Source: Takakia lepidozioides (taxonomy: Eukaryota; Plantae; Bryophyta). From it: a DNA stretch of 64,000 bases. Each line of letters opens with the position of its first letter. The first letter of the stretch is position 1. The DNA is taken from contig CM060734.1 in the NCBI GenBank assembly GCA_030704615.1, positions 34,782,001-34,846,000 on the forward strand, written 5' to 3'. The notes beneath the pieces are model-generated. The model did not search any database. It was not told the origin of the DNA and saw only the letters and a program-made list of their open reading frames with translations. This document shows, one piece after another, positions 35,863-48,780 of this stretch. The position numbers were made by a program, and so were the translations under genes.

Positions 35863-38800
35863 ATGGGGTCGGGCAAGCCAAAGCGAAAGCGGAACGGCCC
35901 AAAAGATGTTGATCCTGGTGAGCCCGATGGGGGCGACGTGTCACCGAAGCGGCCATTTGAGGAAGCGACGCATGTTTCTGAAAACGAGGCCGCTCAAGAG
36001 CGGGAGGAATCCGAGGAGTCGGAGCCCGAGGAATCCCTGAGAGCTCCGACAGACCAACAGATGCCTCCTATGCCGGCAGCTTTTTGGGAAGGGTTGTTGG
36101 CGCGGTTTGGCGGGACGTTGAAAGACGTGTTGAAGGCGGCTAATGCCACTTCCGCTAAGGCAAAGTTTAAGGTGAAGCCTAAGGAACCCGGCACCTTCGA
36201 GGGCGTCCGAAATTCGGAAGGCACTCAACACCTGGCTCTTGGAGCTAGAGCAGTACTTCCGGGCGGCCAAGTTGAGTGACGAGGATCGGGTGGAAGTGGC
36301 TCCTATCTATTTGAGGGGCTATGCTCAACAATGGTGGCAGAAACGCCTTCACGACCGAGGTCCAAGCCCGAAAACCTTGAACTGGAGTGGGTTCAAGGAA
36401 TTGATGAAGAGACAGTTTGTGCCCCTCAACGCATCCTGGCTTGCCCGGGACAAGATGAGGAATTTGAAGCAAATAGACGACATTCGGGGATATGTCCAGG
36501 CTTTCAATGTGCTTTTGCTCGAAGTCGCGGACATGGCAGAACCGGAAATGGTCTTCAACTTTGTGGCGGGACTGGCCCCATGGGCCAGACGGAAGTTGGA
36601 GGAGAAGCCACCTAAGACTTTGAATGAGGCAATTGAGAGGGCTGAATGTTTCTCAGAAGTCCCTAGGGGTGAAAGACAAGGCCGTACGGAGCTGAACCAC
36701 AAGAAGACCCGGCGGGAAGGTGACTCCTTCCGACCGGAAAAGAAGTGGGATAGGCCACGCGGCGACAATGGCACGTGGAAATTGAAGGGAGGGCCTTCAC
36801 ACGTCAAGGCGGCACCCGGTGCTTCGAAAGGAAAAGCGGGGGAGCGGCTTATGGCGGACAGAAGGCGACCTTTGATGGAGTGTGTTTCAATTGCGGAGAG
36901 CCCGGGCACATGGCCAAGAAGTGCACGAAACCCCGACAATTGAACATGACTCGGGCAACCACGGAGCTGTCGGAAGATACCATCAATCGCTTGGTGGAAG
37001 CGGTGGTCGCCAGGACTTGCAAGGTAGGCAAATATTCTTGTGAGTTGTATCAGGAAACTGGCGCATTGCGTAAAGGGAGTCACTTATTGTTCGTGGATGG
37101 GATAATATCCGGAACTAACGTGTCATTGTTGGTGGACACAGGAGCGTCGCACTCCTTCATGACACCGGCAACGGCACAAAAGCTGGGACTCCCGACAACT
37201 GACATAGGGGCCTCTATTGAGGTGCGTTCTGCCAAAGGAGAACCGCAATTGGCGACGAGGTTGGCGTTCGATGTTCCTCTTCAACTGGGGAGTTGGGAGG
37301 GACGTGAGAACTTCACCGTCTGCGAGATCGATGGAGTGGATCTCATTTTGGGGATGACCTTTTTGAGCAAATCCGGAGCGGTCATAGATGGCCGCAAGAG
37401 GGTAGTCACGCTGCCATGTTGGAATGGTGGCGAGGTCTTACGAGTTTCGGAAACGCCCAAACCCGTGGGAGGGCGAATAAACCTTCTGTCAGCAAGGGAG
37501 TGGGCCGTGGAGGAGGCACACGAGCCCCAGTTTTTGCTCTACATTAGAGAAGTGAAGGGAGAAGGCGATGGAGAGCCGAGCCCAGATTGGATCAAGGGGA
37601 TTTTGGAGAAATACCATGATGTGATGCCGGAGGATTTGCCAAGCGGCTTGCCACCGCGAAGAGGAGTTGACCACAAGATTGAGGTGATACCGGGATCGGA
37701 ACCGCCTGCCAAGGCACCCTACCGGTTGAGCCACAAAGAGTTGGTCGAGCTGAAGACTCAGCTCAAAGATCTAATGTCAAAGGGGTACATCCGACCGAGT
37801 AAGTCACCTTACGGAGCCCCGGTGCTATTTGCAGATAAAAAGGATGGGACGTTGCGGATGTGTGTCGATTACAGGGCTCTGAATAAGGTGACTATCAAAA
37901 ACCGGTACCCTTTGCCAAGGATCGACGACCTTATCGATCGATTGGCAGGAGCGAAGTATTTCAGCCGGATCGATCTGCGCTCCGGCTATCATCAAATTCG
38001 AGTGGCGGAAAGAGATGAGGAGAAGACCGCGTGCAGGACGAGGTATGGTTCGTATGAGTTCTTGGTGATGCCTTTTGGGCTCACCAACGCACCCGCGACC
38101 TTTAGCACGCTGATGAACAGCCTTTTCCAGGAGTGGTTGGATGACTTTGTGATCGTGTACATCGACGACATCTTGGTGTATTCGAAAACAAAGGAGGAGC
38201 ACCTGGAGCACCTCAAAAGGGTGTTCCAGAAATTGCGAGAAGGGAAGCTGTATGCCAAAGCTTCAAAGTGCAAATTCGGGGTCACAAAAGTGGAGTTCCT
38301 GGGGCATGTGATTACACAGGATGGGATCAAAATGGATGACAGGAAGGTGAGGGCAATTTTGGACTGGGAGCCTCCGACTTCGGTCCCGGGAGTGCGATCC
38401 TTCCTAGGATTCGCCTCCTATTACCGGAAGTATGTGAGAAATTTCGCCAAAATCGCGGGGCCGCTGTCAGACCTTCTGTGTAAATCTAAAGTCTGGGCAT
38501 GGAACACCTTTTGTGGCCAAGCTTTTGCTGAATTGAAGCAGCGGATGGCGGAAGCTCCAGTCTTGAAAATCCCGGAGTTAGATCGTCCGTTCGAGATACA
38601 TACAGATGCGTCGAACTTCGCGATTGGGGGTGTGCTAATGCAAGATGGACGTCCAGTGGCTTACGAAAGTAAGAAACTGAATGAAGTGGAGCGACGGTGG
38701 CCGACGCACGAGAAAGAGATGAAGGCGGTGGTGCACTGTCTTGAGCTTTGGCGCCACTATGTTGGTTCCAACCCAGTGAAGGTGTTCACGGACAATGTCA

Positions 38801-40427
38801 CGGTGAAGTATTTTGCCACGCAGCCCAAGTTGTCCCCAAAACAACTTAGGTGGCAAGATACTTTGGCGGTGTTTGACGTGGATATGCAGTACAAACCGGG
38901 ACGAGACAACGTGGTGGCCGATGCTTTAAGTAGAAAGCAGCATCTCTTGTTGGTGTACAAGGGCGAGACGGCGCTCCAAAGGAAGATCCGGAAGGCTTGC
39001 CGGAAGGATGAGCTGGCGAAGTCCGTGATGCAGGACTTGAGGATGGGGGTTGAATCGCAGTTCCACTTGCAAAATGGACTGCTCCGGTATAAGCAAAAAA
39101 CGTCTCTACGTGTCGAAGGGAGGGATCAGAGATAGCCTCTTGAGAGAATGCCATGATAGCCCGCTTGCAGGCCACGGCGGAGCCAAGCGCACTGCGGCAC
39201 TCTTGAAGAAAGAGTATTTATGGCCCAAACTGAGGGAGGAGGCATAGGAGTATGTCAAGACATGCACCACATGCCAACAAAACCGGAGCGAGTACAAAAA
39301 GCAAGCGGGGCTGTTACAACCCTTGCCGATTCCAGAGGGGACTTGGGAAAGCGTCTCGATGGATTTCATGACTGCTATGCCGCTGTCAAAAGGATTCGAT
39401 GCAATCATGGTGGTGGTGGATATGTTCAGTAAAATGGGCCATTTCATCCCCACCAAGGAGACGGCAACGGCGCAGGAGACAGGGCGACTTTACTTCGCCC
39501 ACGTCTTAAAGCATCATGGAGTCCCGAAGGATATTGTCTCGGACCGCGATCCAAAGTTTACGAGTAAATTTTGGAGGGCACTTTGGAAGAAGATGGGGAC
39601 GAGGCTGAAGATGAGCACCGCCTTCCGACCTACGACCGACGGCCAAACAGAAAGAGTGAATTCCGTAGTGAAGCAGATCTTGCGGAATTACGTGTCGGCA
39701 GACCAAACAGACTGGGTGGAACACTTAGACGCGGCAGAGTTCTGTTATAATAACACTGAACACTCCGCAACGGAAGTTTCCCCTTTCGTATTTGTCTATG
39801 GAAAAGCACCTCTGGTGCCGACAAGTTGGGCCGCCCAGGACGTTAAGGAACCGGCAGTAGCGGCGGTACTGGAAGAACGCGAGCGTTTGTTGAAGCTCGC
39901 AAAGTACAACATTGCCAAAGCTAGGAAACGGTATGAAAGGCAGGCGAATCGGAAACGGAGGGAAGTGAAGTTTGAGGCAGGCACGGAGGTCTGGTTGAAC
40001 ATCAAGAATTTCCGACTACCTCTGGAAGTGAGTCCGAAGTTCATACCTCCGTATGCAGGACCCTTTTCGCATTCGGAAGGTTATGAATGAGGATGTGTAT
40101 GAATTGGAGCTGCCGGCAAACAGCAAGGTGCACCCAGTATTCCATGTCTCCCTTTTGAAGCCTTACTTCAAAGATGAAGCGCGTCCGAATCGGCATCAAG
40201 TGTTGCGTCCGCCACCTATGCTGTTGGATCATGAAAATGAACCTGAGTACGAGGTGGAGGCAATACTTAAGTCGAGGAGGTTCAAGAACCGAGAAACGGA
40301 GTATCTCGTCAAATGGAAGGGCTATCATCATGTGGAGGCATCTTGGGTTCGTGCCTCAGAAATGGGAAACGCATCCGAGGCGGTCGCAGCTTTCGAAGGG
40401 CGACCTCAAAAGCGGAAGAAGCGTTGA
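35863..40427 (+). pseudogene. gag-pol with C-terminal chromodomain; several frameshifts and one stop
   Basis: Frame breaks near 36220, 36870, 39100 and 40065, and a TAG at ~39245. Chromodomain EYEVEAIL..YLVKWKGY..ASW. Confidence 0.93.
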
Positions 40428-41549
40428 TGGGGACATCAACCTTGGAGCGTGGGGGAGGAAATGCATGCTTAGCCCGGCTTAGCTAGCTTAGGAATCCGAT
40501 TGCAAAAACTTGTATTGTACAAAACGTGCTATAAATGAAATGGATTCCAAATGTTGTGGGTCCTATTTTGTTTGGAATGGTGATGCATGGTATGGTTGGC
40601 TAGTGTGTAGAATGCATGCGCCACTACAGTCATACCCCTCTTCTGTCTCTTAGACTGGTGTTGCTCTGCCAGTCCACCCTCACTATGTGAAGAACCCTGC
40701 TCCTCCATTGCACTGGTTGTTGCCTCAAACACTCCCATCTCCTTACGTTCTCGCGCATCAAGTATGCAAGAGTCAAGAATGATCTGAGCAATGACTGGGC
40801 TAGACACGATGATTGGAGACTTAGCAGCAGTGCCCTGTAACCTCTTCATCTAGTGGGAGAGGTAAATTGGGTTAATCGTGTGTTTGCGTAGTGCCGAAAT
40901 CGGGTGACCCCCATCCGAGGGGCAAGGAAACTTGCGCCTTCGAGTTCACGTGCTAGTGCGCACCTGGCGCGTGCGCGTACTATAACTGCGCTACCGAGGG
41001 GGTTGCCTTGTAGTGTGGGCTAACGCGGAAGCCACGTGCTTCCGTTCACGTACTATAATCGTGTAGCCTCGGGACGAAGTCGTAGTGCGGCTTCGGCGTG
41101 TTCCCGTACCTCAGGCCAGCATTCCAAGGCGGACCCAATTGTAGTGATTGGGGCGCACGGTTGGTTCAAGGTTATCTTCCTAGTCAAAGTGGGTTCCAGG
41201 TGAACCCTTGCTCAAGGTGATGCCAAAAGCGGCATCATGAGCGGTCGCAAGCAATGTTGTTGCAGTAAGGCGATTCGATCCTCGGGGAGGATCGTTCCTT
41301 GGCCTTGAAGTAGGCCAAGAAGAGTACACTGGGAGGAGCTGGAGAGGCTCTACCCTTGGCCGGGACTTGGAGGAAGTCGGCCAAACTAGCTAGTGGAGAG
41401 TAGAGTCAAGTGTGGGGTTTGGTTCTTTGCCATGGGACGCCATGGTGCGGAAACAAACTCCTTGATGTGGGACGCCACAACTTGGATGTTCGTTTCTACA
41501 AAAATGGACAAGTCGATGAGGACATCGACTCCCTGTTGGTAGGGGTGCG

Positions 41550-42275
41550 TGTCGCGGCCCTTTGCCTTGAGGGCGAGGGGTCGGGACACAGAAGGGGCTG
41601 CCCCTGTGGTGGGGGCAGTAGCAGCGATAGGTACAAGGGCTGAAGCACCCTTGAGTGCCCAAGGCACTCAAGGAGGCAGAGGCGCTCACTAGGCGGAGCC
41701 CCGCACACCGGGTTGCGGTGCGGGTGGCTTCACAAGGGGTGGTGGTAGCTTAGCGGGACTTAGTGGGGGTGACATAGGACTCACCATGGGGTGGAGACCT
41801 CGTGGTGGGAGTCGTGGGGAGTCTTGGGACTCATCACGGCCCAATGGGGCCGTGGTGAGTGGGCCAAGACTCACCGCGACTCACCACCAGGAGTCGAGGG
41901 TTTTCGTGGTGGTTCGCCATAAAATGGCATGGCTGGTTGTGAAACCCCCGCGGACAGCTACAGAAGTATATATAAGGGGAGTAGTGACCCCAAGAACGGT
42001 GCAAGCTTGTTGGTGACCAAAAACTAGTGAGTAAGCGAGCGAGCCGGAAAGCGATCAAAGAGTGGGGAGCTGCTCCGGACTGCCATCTACCAAAGGGAAT
42101 TCCACTAGGCCCAAATAGGTGGAGGGTTTAGTGGGGGAGCGAAGGGGGACCGTTATGTCCCGGTGAGCAGCCGAAGCTCCAAGTTGGCCCGGCGGCCAGG
42201 TTGGGAGTCAGGCGCGCGCATCAAAGCGAGTAACTATGACTTGAAGGGGAGCTTACCGAAGTGAGGTGCGCGACA
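41550..42275 (+). repeat. 3' LTR (726 bp)
   Basis: Colinear with the 5' LTR, with about 14 substitutions counted by eye; preceded by a short G-rich tract. Confidence 0.97.
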
Positions 42276-45200
42276 GAGAAGAACAAGGAAACATGAGTCA
42301 TAAAGCAATTCAGTGACCATGTTCTCGATATGTGGCTGCACAAAGCCACGTACTGGGCACAGGTTTTTCCTGCAAATACAGGGTCGAGTGGGGCTCTGGA
42401 CTTCCTCTTTGACTTTGATGGTGTTTTTTCATCATCATCGTCTTTAATGGATGCTTCAGTGGTCGACTTTTTTTTTTCGAGTGGTTTTTTTTTCCTTTTG
42501 AGTTGGTTCGGGCTCCTGCTCATCTCTTTTCCTTCTCATTCTCTTTTCCTAGAGGCGTCCTTGAAATCTGGACCACTCCAAAGTGAAAGTAGACTCACTC
42601 GGAACTGTTCCATCGCGTGGGAACTTAAACCCAGATTCCAACAACCCAGCCATGAGGCCTTTGTCCACATTTGTCGTCTTTGACGCATACCCAATGGTCT
42701 GTCCTTTCTGGTCTTCCATTTCCATTGCAAATCCGGGAAAAGTCACTTACAGTTCTTAAAAATCTTTTATCTGAATTGTAAAACAGTTCTTGCGCAGATA
42801 GAGGCTCGGGCACAGCTGGTGCTGGAGAAGCAGCTGAATGATTACAAGATAACTATGACTCCACCGACGGATACTCTAGAAGACTACGTCCGCCAGTGGA
42901 AAGCAGCTTGCTTCGGCACTTGCTTCTTCAGGGAGTTCGCCAAAGAGGGAGGCATCTCGCGCACTAACAACTTCGAGCAACAACATGGATCAGAACAGGC
43001 CATGAAGAGGGTTCTATACAGGTTCGTCTTGACACTCTTTTTCCACCCTTCGTTCATGTCTCACGAAGTTTCGATGTCGTTGCAGCCCTGCTCTGAATAA
43101 ACAGTCCCAAAACTATGTGTGCTGACGCACTCAGTAAAGGGGTGGGCACTTCTGTGTCTCCCAAGCTTTCATTCTACATACGAACATCCGATCCTCTACT
43201 GAATCACACCTACCCTGGCTTGTAAGTAGGGCCTGGGTGGACATACCAAAAATTGAGTGCACTGGCGCACACAGTCAAGGGGTCCTTAAACCATTATCTC
43301 ACGCTTTCCCCACTCACTAACATTCCCTCTGTTTTGATTGTGTAGGTACATCAAGAACGTTCTCATCCCAGGCAAGAACTTGAGTCGACACCCGCACTTT
43401 ATTGACCTATGGTGTGACCCATCCAACGCTCAGACAATGGACATTGCAAGGATTTTGAAGGATTATGGGACCTCGCATCTTCGAGACTGCTGCTGGTATA
43501 TGGATATCCCACGGTCTGGATGCCCTTGGTCTGAGCTTGTGACCCGAATCAAAACGAGAATGCAGAGGCCTTGGCCCCTCTGACGGACAAGGAGTTGCAT
43601 GAGAGAAACTTGAGGATATTGGCTGAGAAAGAGCCTCTTGCACAAAATACGCCAGTGAAGCCTAGAAAGGACAAGGGGAAAGGAAGGTAAAGGGGCAGAA
43701 AAACAATCCGAATGAGAATGAGAAGGAGTCCGTGGTGCAACCGGGGCCAGTGCAGACCCCACCCCCAGCCAAAAAGCTTGACCGAAAGAAGAAGGGTCTA
43801 AAAGAGCCCTACGATGCAATGGAGCACCTATCCAGAATCATTTTTCCGGGCATGTGCGAGCTGGTAAACGACGGGTTCTTGGCCATGATGGAGACACGGA
43901 AGTCAAGTTACAGTGGTGATCCATCCAAAACGTGGGACAAGCTATGTGCTTTTCTCCAATCGGTAAGCAATTATCATGCATGTGTTTGAGTTTTGTTTTC
44001 GTTGTTTTATTTTTACTCGGATCAGACATGTCGCTCATAAAACATGTATCCTCCCCTTCTTACACGCTATATTGCTTGCAGGCATGGAGGGGGAAGGAAT
44101 CTTGGGTGAATGGTGCACAAAAACCGTTTGCTTCGGAGATGGTTATTGTGGACATTCCGGACGGGCATCCAGTCTCGGATATTCTGCCCAGTGACACCTG
44201 CCCAACATGGAACAAATTTGACGAGAGGTATTGGAGTTGGGTGTTTTCCTTTTGTAAGTTTTTCCTTTCCGATGCAGGGGTTCTTGTTATCATACAGCCT
44301 GTCACGATGAGATGTCGCCGAGAGCTGGCAAGCTACTTGAAAGCCTCGGGGATGCGGATTATCAAGACCTGGAACTGTGTCAACAGCCTATATCTGACGA
44401 AGGGGGATTGCCCAGGGCAGAAGGTGGGTTTCAAATACTTTGTTTTTATGCCTTCTCTGTTGAATTCCACTGTACTGACTGTTATGAAGTCATGTTGTTC
44501 GCACTGCCTGAATTGAGTGCTTCAGCACACTCAGTTATGGCGGTGCATGAGCAATGACTCTGAACCCGTTCCATCCGGAATGGGTCTGCACTCCCACCCA
44601 GATGTGCTATGAAACATTTCTCACTAATTATTGTCCTCTTCATCGCATACCCGTCTGTTTGAGGCCGTCTGTCTCGTGAGGGTACATCCACTATCGACTC
44701 CCACCACAGTTGTGGAGTTTGAGCTTCATGGGGGAGGATGTTTCATAAACGAGAGGTTTGATCATGTTGGCGACGACATGCACTACAACTATGTCGACTC
44801 CAATGTATGTTTGCAAAAGCCAAATGGAACACCTTGGAGAGCGGCCCATGAAAAAAGCCCGGCTTTTATCCAAACGATCATTGAGAGTTGTTCTCGGCCA
44901 GGGGCTCGCATCATAGATCTCACTCTCGGCACATGTTTCTCTTCTTGCCTTTGTCATCGATTTCTTTTCTTCTGCACCTTCTTTACTCAATATTCTAAAA
45001 CTCTAATTCCTTCATTGTGTCTCTTGCAGGCGCTTCTTACCATGCTTGCAAGGCAAGTGGCAGACACTTGTTTGGTATGGAAGGAGATGCAAATATTTTC
45101 ACTGGCTTCCTCGCCGAGTTGCAAGGGGGCGCGTCTACCTCCAATGTCAAGGATGTCACTGCGCAAATTGATATCCTCGATGGAGACGACAAGGACCTGG

Positions 45201-46163
45201 ACAATGACTTTTCATGTGAATAAGTTCATTTTCTATCTATTTGATCCCTGTGTATATGCTCTGTCGCGTCCCTTTCTGTTGTCTGATTGTTATCCAAATG
45301 GTGCATTTCTGATTGCAGGAATGTGAACGCACTCCCGTGGCCCCTGTCTTCCATATACTTGAGGGACTTGTGCTGGAGCCCACCTCCTAATTATGTTACT
45401 CCCGACTACACGGAAGGCATTGCTCGTGTGCAAGCAGCTGTGCTTTCTCCCCCACCATTGCGTTGGAGTTCCAGGAAGACGCTCAGGCACCTCCGCGCAA
45501 AGGTCTTCATAGATGATAGTGCAGCAGTTTCAGGTGGTAGCAGTACTTCTAGCAGTTCAGCAGATTCAGGTGGTAGCAGTAGCAGTGTTGACACCACCTA
45601 CGGATGTACTTGAGGGCATTCATTTATGGAACATGAGGGGACACACTCTCCGTTTTCCGTTGCACCACCATTTCTCTTCCCACCATCCGTTGTAATGAGC
45701 ACGGACTATAATGAAATTCACATCCCTGAATTGAAACATTCTCTCCCTCGTGTCCTGCGAATTTGAAAGTGTTTTCCTTCTAAACATTGCTCTCCAATTC
45801 AACCGTGTGCATTCAACATATGCCATCAAACCAATATTTGGTTGGATGGATGGAGGATGAATGTTTTTGGATGGATGAACCCCAATTGGATGTACATTGT
45901 GGATGAATGTTGCATGCATGGATGGTCCCATGGATGATGTCAGTGCGCAATATCATGCACAGGGGCGGGATGGCGAGGTTCATTGTCGGGGTTGAGGTGG
46001 GTCCCTAAGGCTGACAAGGGTTAGGGTTTCTGTTTGGGGTTGCAGGGTTAATATGGATGAAGACGTGTTTCTGCGGTAATGGATCATCTTCCACGGAAAT
46101 AGACCCCGCATCTGTCCCAAAATCATGCCATGTGTCCTGGGCTCACGTGGCTAGGCTCACACT

Positions 46164-46514
46164 CTAGCATCCCCCAGCAGGAATGTGCTGCAAAATGGTA
46201 TCAACTGCTTGATCCATTTTTGCAGATTGAGGTTTCTTAGAGAATAGGCCAGCAAAGGGTTTTTCTGCAATGCTGACCATGTCTTTTGGACAAGAGGATG
46301 AGGAGCCATCAGCCCTTGCAAGCGAAGCAATCGAAGTAGCTAATCTTCTTTGCTTGGCTTTGACGAAGAAATATTCATTCATCTTTTCTCCTTTGAGAGA
46401 CCAATTAACCCCTGCTTTTCTAGGCAAGGCGTTGTCTTTGATCTTAGCCCTATGGTAATTCTGTAGAGTACAAGGGTCCTTGTCATTGTTTTCAAGGAGC
46501 TGTTGACAGAACAT
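46164..46514 (-). mobile_element. LINE ORF2 linker fragment
   Basis: KAGVNWSLKGEKMNEYFF resembles RAGVNWSLKNEKMSGYFF, which lies upstream of the RT at 62344-63590. Confidence 0.7.
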
Positions 46515-46805
46515 GGATTCCGTAGTTACGAGGGTTAAGGTTCAGCACCGAACCCGACTTGACAAATGCAAAGTGGGGAAAAAAAAAAAAAAAAAAACCC
46601 TTTTGTATTTTTTGAAACGCAGTTGCCTGAACAGTGCTGTAGGCTCGGTGGTGGTTCGAACCTGTTATGTAGCTTCGGGATTTGGTTCGGCACAGGCTCG
46701 TTTATGAAGCATATTTCCTTTTCTGAGGAATATTCCCACTCTGCTCACAGAAATAGAGAATATTCCTCCTCTGCTCACATCCTCTGCTCATGGAAACCCA
46801 ACCTC

Positions 46806-47170
46806 CAACAGGGTGCACACCTTCGTTGTCGATGACAAGTTGCATCCCAGAATTAAGGAAATCCATGCTGAGCTGAGAAGATTGTCTGGGCAGATGAAGG
46901 AGGCAGAGTATGTGCCTGACACGCGCTTTGTGTTGCATGATGTGGGGGAGGAGGAAAAGGAATTTTCTCTTTGCCACCACAGTGACAAGCTGGCCATTAG
47001 TTTTGGGTTGATCAGCACGACCCCTAGGACGCCTCTCCGTCTCATCAGGTGACTGCCACACCTCCACGAAATTCATCTCAAAGATTGTTGGCCGAGCAAT
47101 TGTTGTACGGGACGCTAACCGCTTTCACCACTTTGAAGATGGGATTTGTTCTTGTGGGGATTACTGGTGA
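46806..47170 (+). pseudogene. Truncated, inactive DYW-domain copy
   Basis: Starts at NRVHTFVVDD. HSE is changed to HSD, and a 17-nt deletion after 47047 removes the first Cys of CxxC. Confidence 0.92.
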
Positions 47171-47273
47171 AAGGATGTTTTCTTGGAGAGATGCGAGTGT
47201 CTTGCTTCATTCATTGATCTGTGTAGCTCCTCAGATCATCCACCATTTCCTGACAGTATTGACCATGATGTAC

Positions 47274-48587
47274 TTGAGCAGAGTTTGGAGTTCGTTGTTC
47301 CTCATCGTGTAGATCCCAATGGAGCCCAAAACAACTTGCATGAATGTTGTTGAAAGCTCACTAGCACCCCTCAGTAAAGGATCTTGTGAGAATGTTGATG
47401 CTGCCGGATTTTCGAGCACAACCCTCTACCTTGGAGCACGGAGCAGAGCTGGCATGAGTTTTTTAAAGATCCTCCACGATGGTGGGACTACCGCAATCGC
47501 CAGGTCTGGCTTTTTCTTAATGCACGATGTGAAGAAGTTTGTCCATCCTGCAAATGTGGGCTCTTGGCTCCTGTTAGGACCGTGATTTGGTAATCTTCCT
47601 GATGTTTACAAGCTTCTTGGGAGAGTCAGCTTGGTCTTAGCCGGCCGTGTTTCAATCTCTGCCTGCTCAGCTGAACCGTGGTGGTTCTCACAGACCAATC
47701 CGACATTACCTGACTACAGACACAAGCAGCACACAGAAGAGGTCGTTTTGGGTTGATGGTCGGTCAAATCCTCCATGGGTCATGACACAAGGTCAAGGAC
47801 AATGTGGTGAGGGCACCTTCTTCTTCGACCTATTTCAGCCTGTTTTGCCCTCTCATCAGACTCGGCCCTGAATTTGCATATTGAATTCTGTAAGTTAGCT
47901 GGTTGGGTGGATCTGTGGTGGTTTGGAGTGACTTTGACAAGTTACTGCCGATGTGGCTGCAGGAAAGTATCCAAAAACAGATAACAGAGATGAGGAGAAG
48001 CTTTGGAATGAACACTTTTCTGACCCCAGTCAATGGTGGGACAATGGAGACAAAAAGGTGAAATGCCTGTTGGAAGCAGACGCAGGTCAGCATAGGAACT
48101 AGTGTGATAAGTATGGTTGGGGTGTTTGCTGGAAGAATTCTAGGCTGTCATTGTCAGTTGCTAGCAGCAAGGCAAGGATCTGCATGCATGATTGGTGCAG
48201 AGGCATGGATAGCTGAAGGAGCAGGGATAGAGTGTGGGTCCAGATTCATCCAAGAGGGCCGGATTTCAAGCTCCAGATTACCTATGATTCCCTGTGGAAG
48301 GATAGCTACAAGAAACCTGCATGGGTAGATGGTCAACTGGAAGCCGCAGCAGCAGCGGCACAATTGATAAAATCAGGCACTGCTATTGAAGGCACCTTCT
48401 CCCACACTTTCCATGTTGAATTCTGCAAGTTAACTGGTTGACTGAATCTAGTTTGGAGTGACTTTGACATGATACTGCCAATGTGACAACAGGAAAGTAT
48501 CTAGAAACAGGTAACAGAGACGAGGAGAAGCTGTGGAATGAATACTTTTCTGACCCCAGTCAATGGTGGGACAACCGAGGCAAAAAG
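47274..48587 (+). other. Upstream exons encoding OSB-type PDF motifs, copy 3
   Basis: SWHEFFKDPPRWWDYRNRQ|gt and KLWNEHFSDPSQWWDNGDKK|gt; exon 48493-48587 reads KLWNEYFSDPSQWWDNRGKK|gt. Confidence 0.8.
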
Positions 48588-48780
48588 GTGAATGCCTGTT
48601 GGATCTCAGAGAGTAGCAGACGCAACTGAGCATAGGAACTAGTGTGATAAGTTGAGTTGGGTGTTTCCTAGAACAAATCTAGGCTGTCATTGTCAGCTGC
48701 TAGCAGCAAGGCAAGGATGTATGCATGATGTGTGCAAAGGCATGGATAGCTGAAGGAGCAGGGATAGAGTGTGGGTCCAG

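Larger units (their letters stand above)
35082..42275 (+). mobile_element. Full-length Ty3/Gypsy chromovirus LTR retrotransposon
   Basis: TG..CA LTRs, 5-bp TSD GAGAA (35077-35081 and 42276-42280), PBS, gag, zinc knuckle [14 protein letters not shown], protease VDTGA, RT YIDD, RNase H, integrase and chromodomain. Confidence 0.98.
34888..45223 (+). pseudogene. Decayed spliced gene ending in a beta-class N6/N4 DNA amino-methyltransferase domain; interrupted by the chromovirus
   Basis: The frame continues across the Gypsy TSD. Exon 44082-44423 has MVIVDIPD (motif IV-like) and FLSDAGVLVI. Later exons give EKSPAFIQTIIESCSRPGARIIDLTLGT|xASYHACKASGRHLFGMEGD (motifs X-I-II). Linking all upstream fragments to one gene is inferred. 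Confidence 0.7.

Noticed and set aside
36200-36900. Programmed gag-pol frameshift
   Set aside because: Several breaks fall inside gag and integrase, plus a stop codon, which fits decay or sequencing error better.
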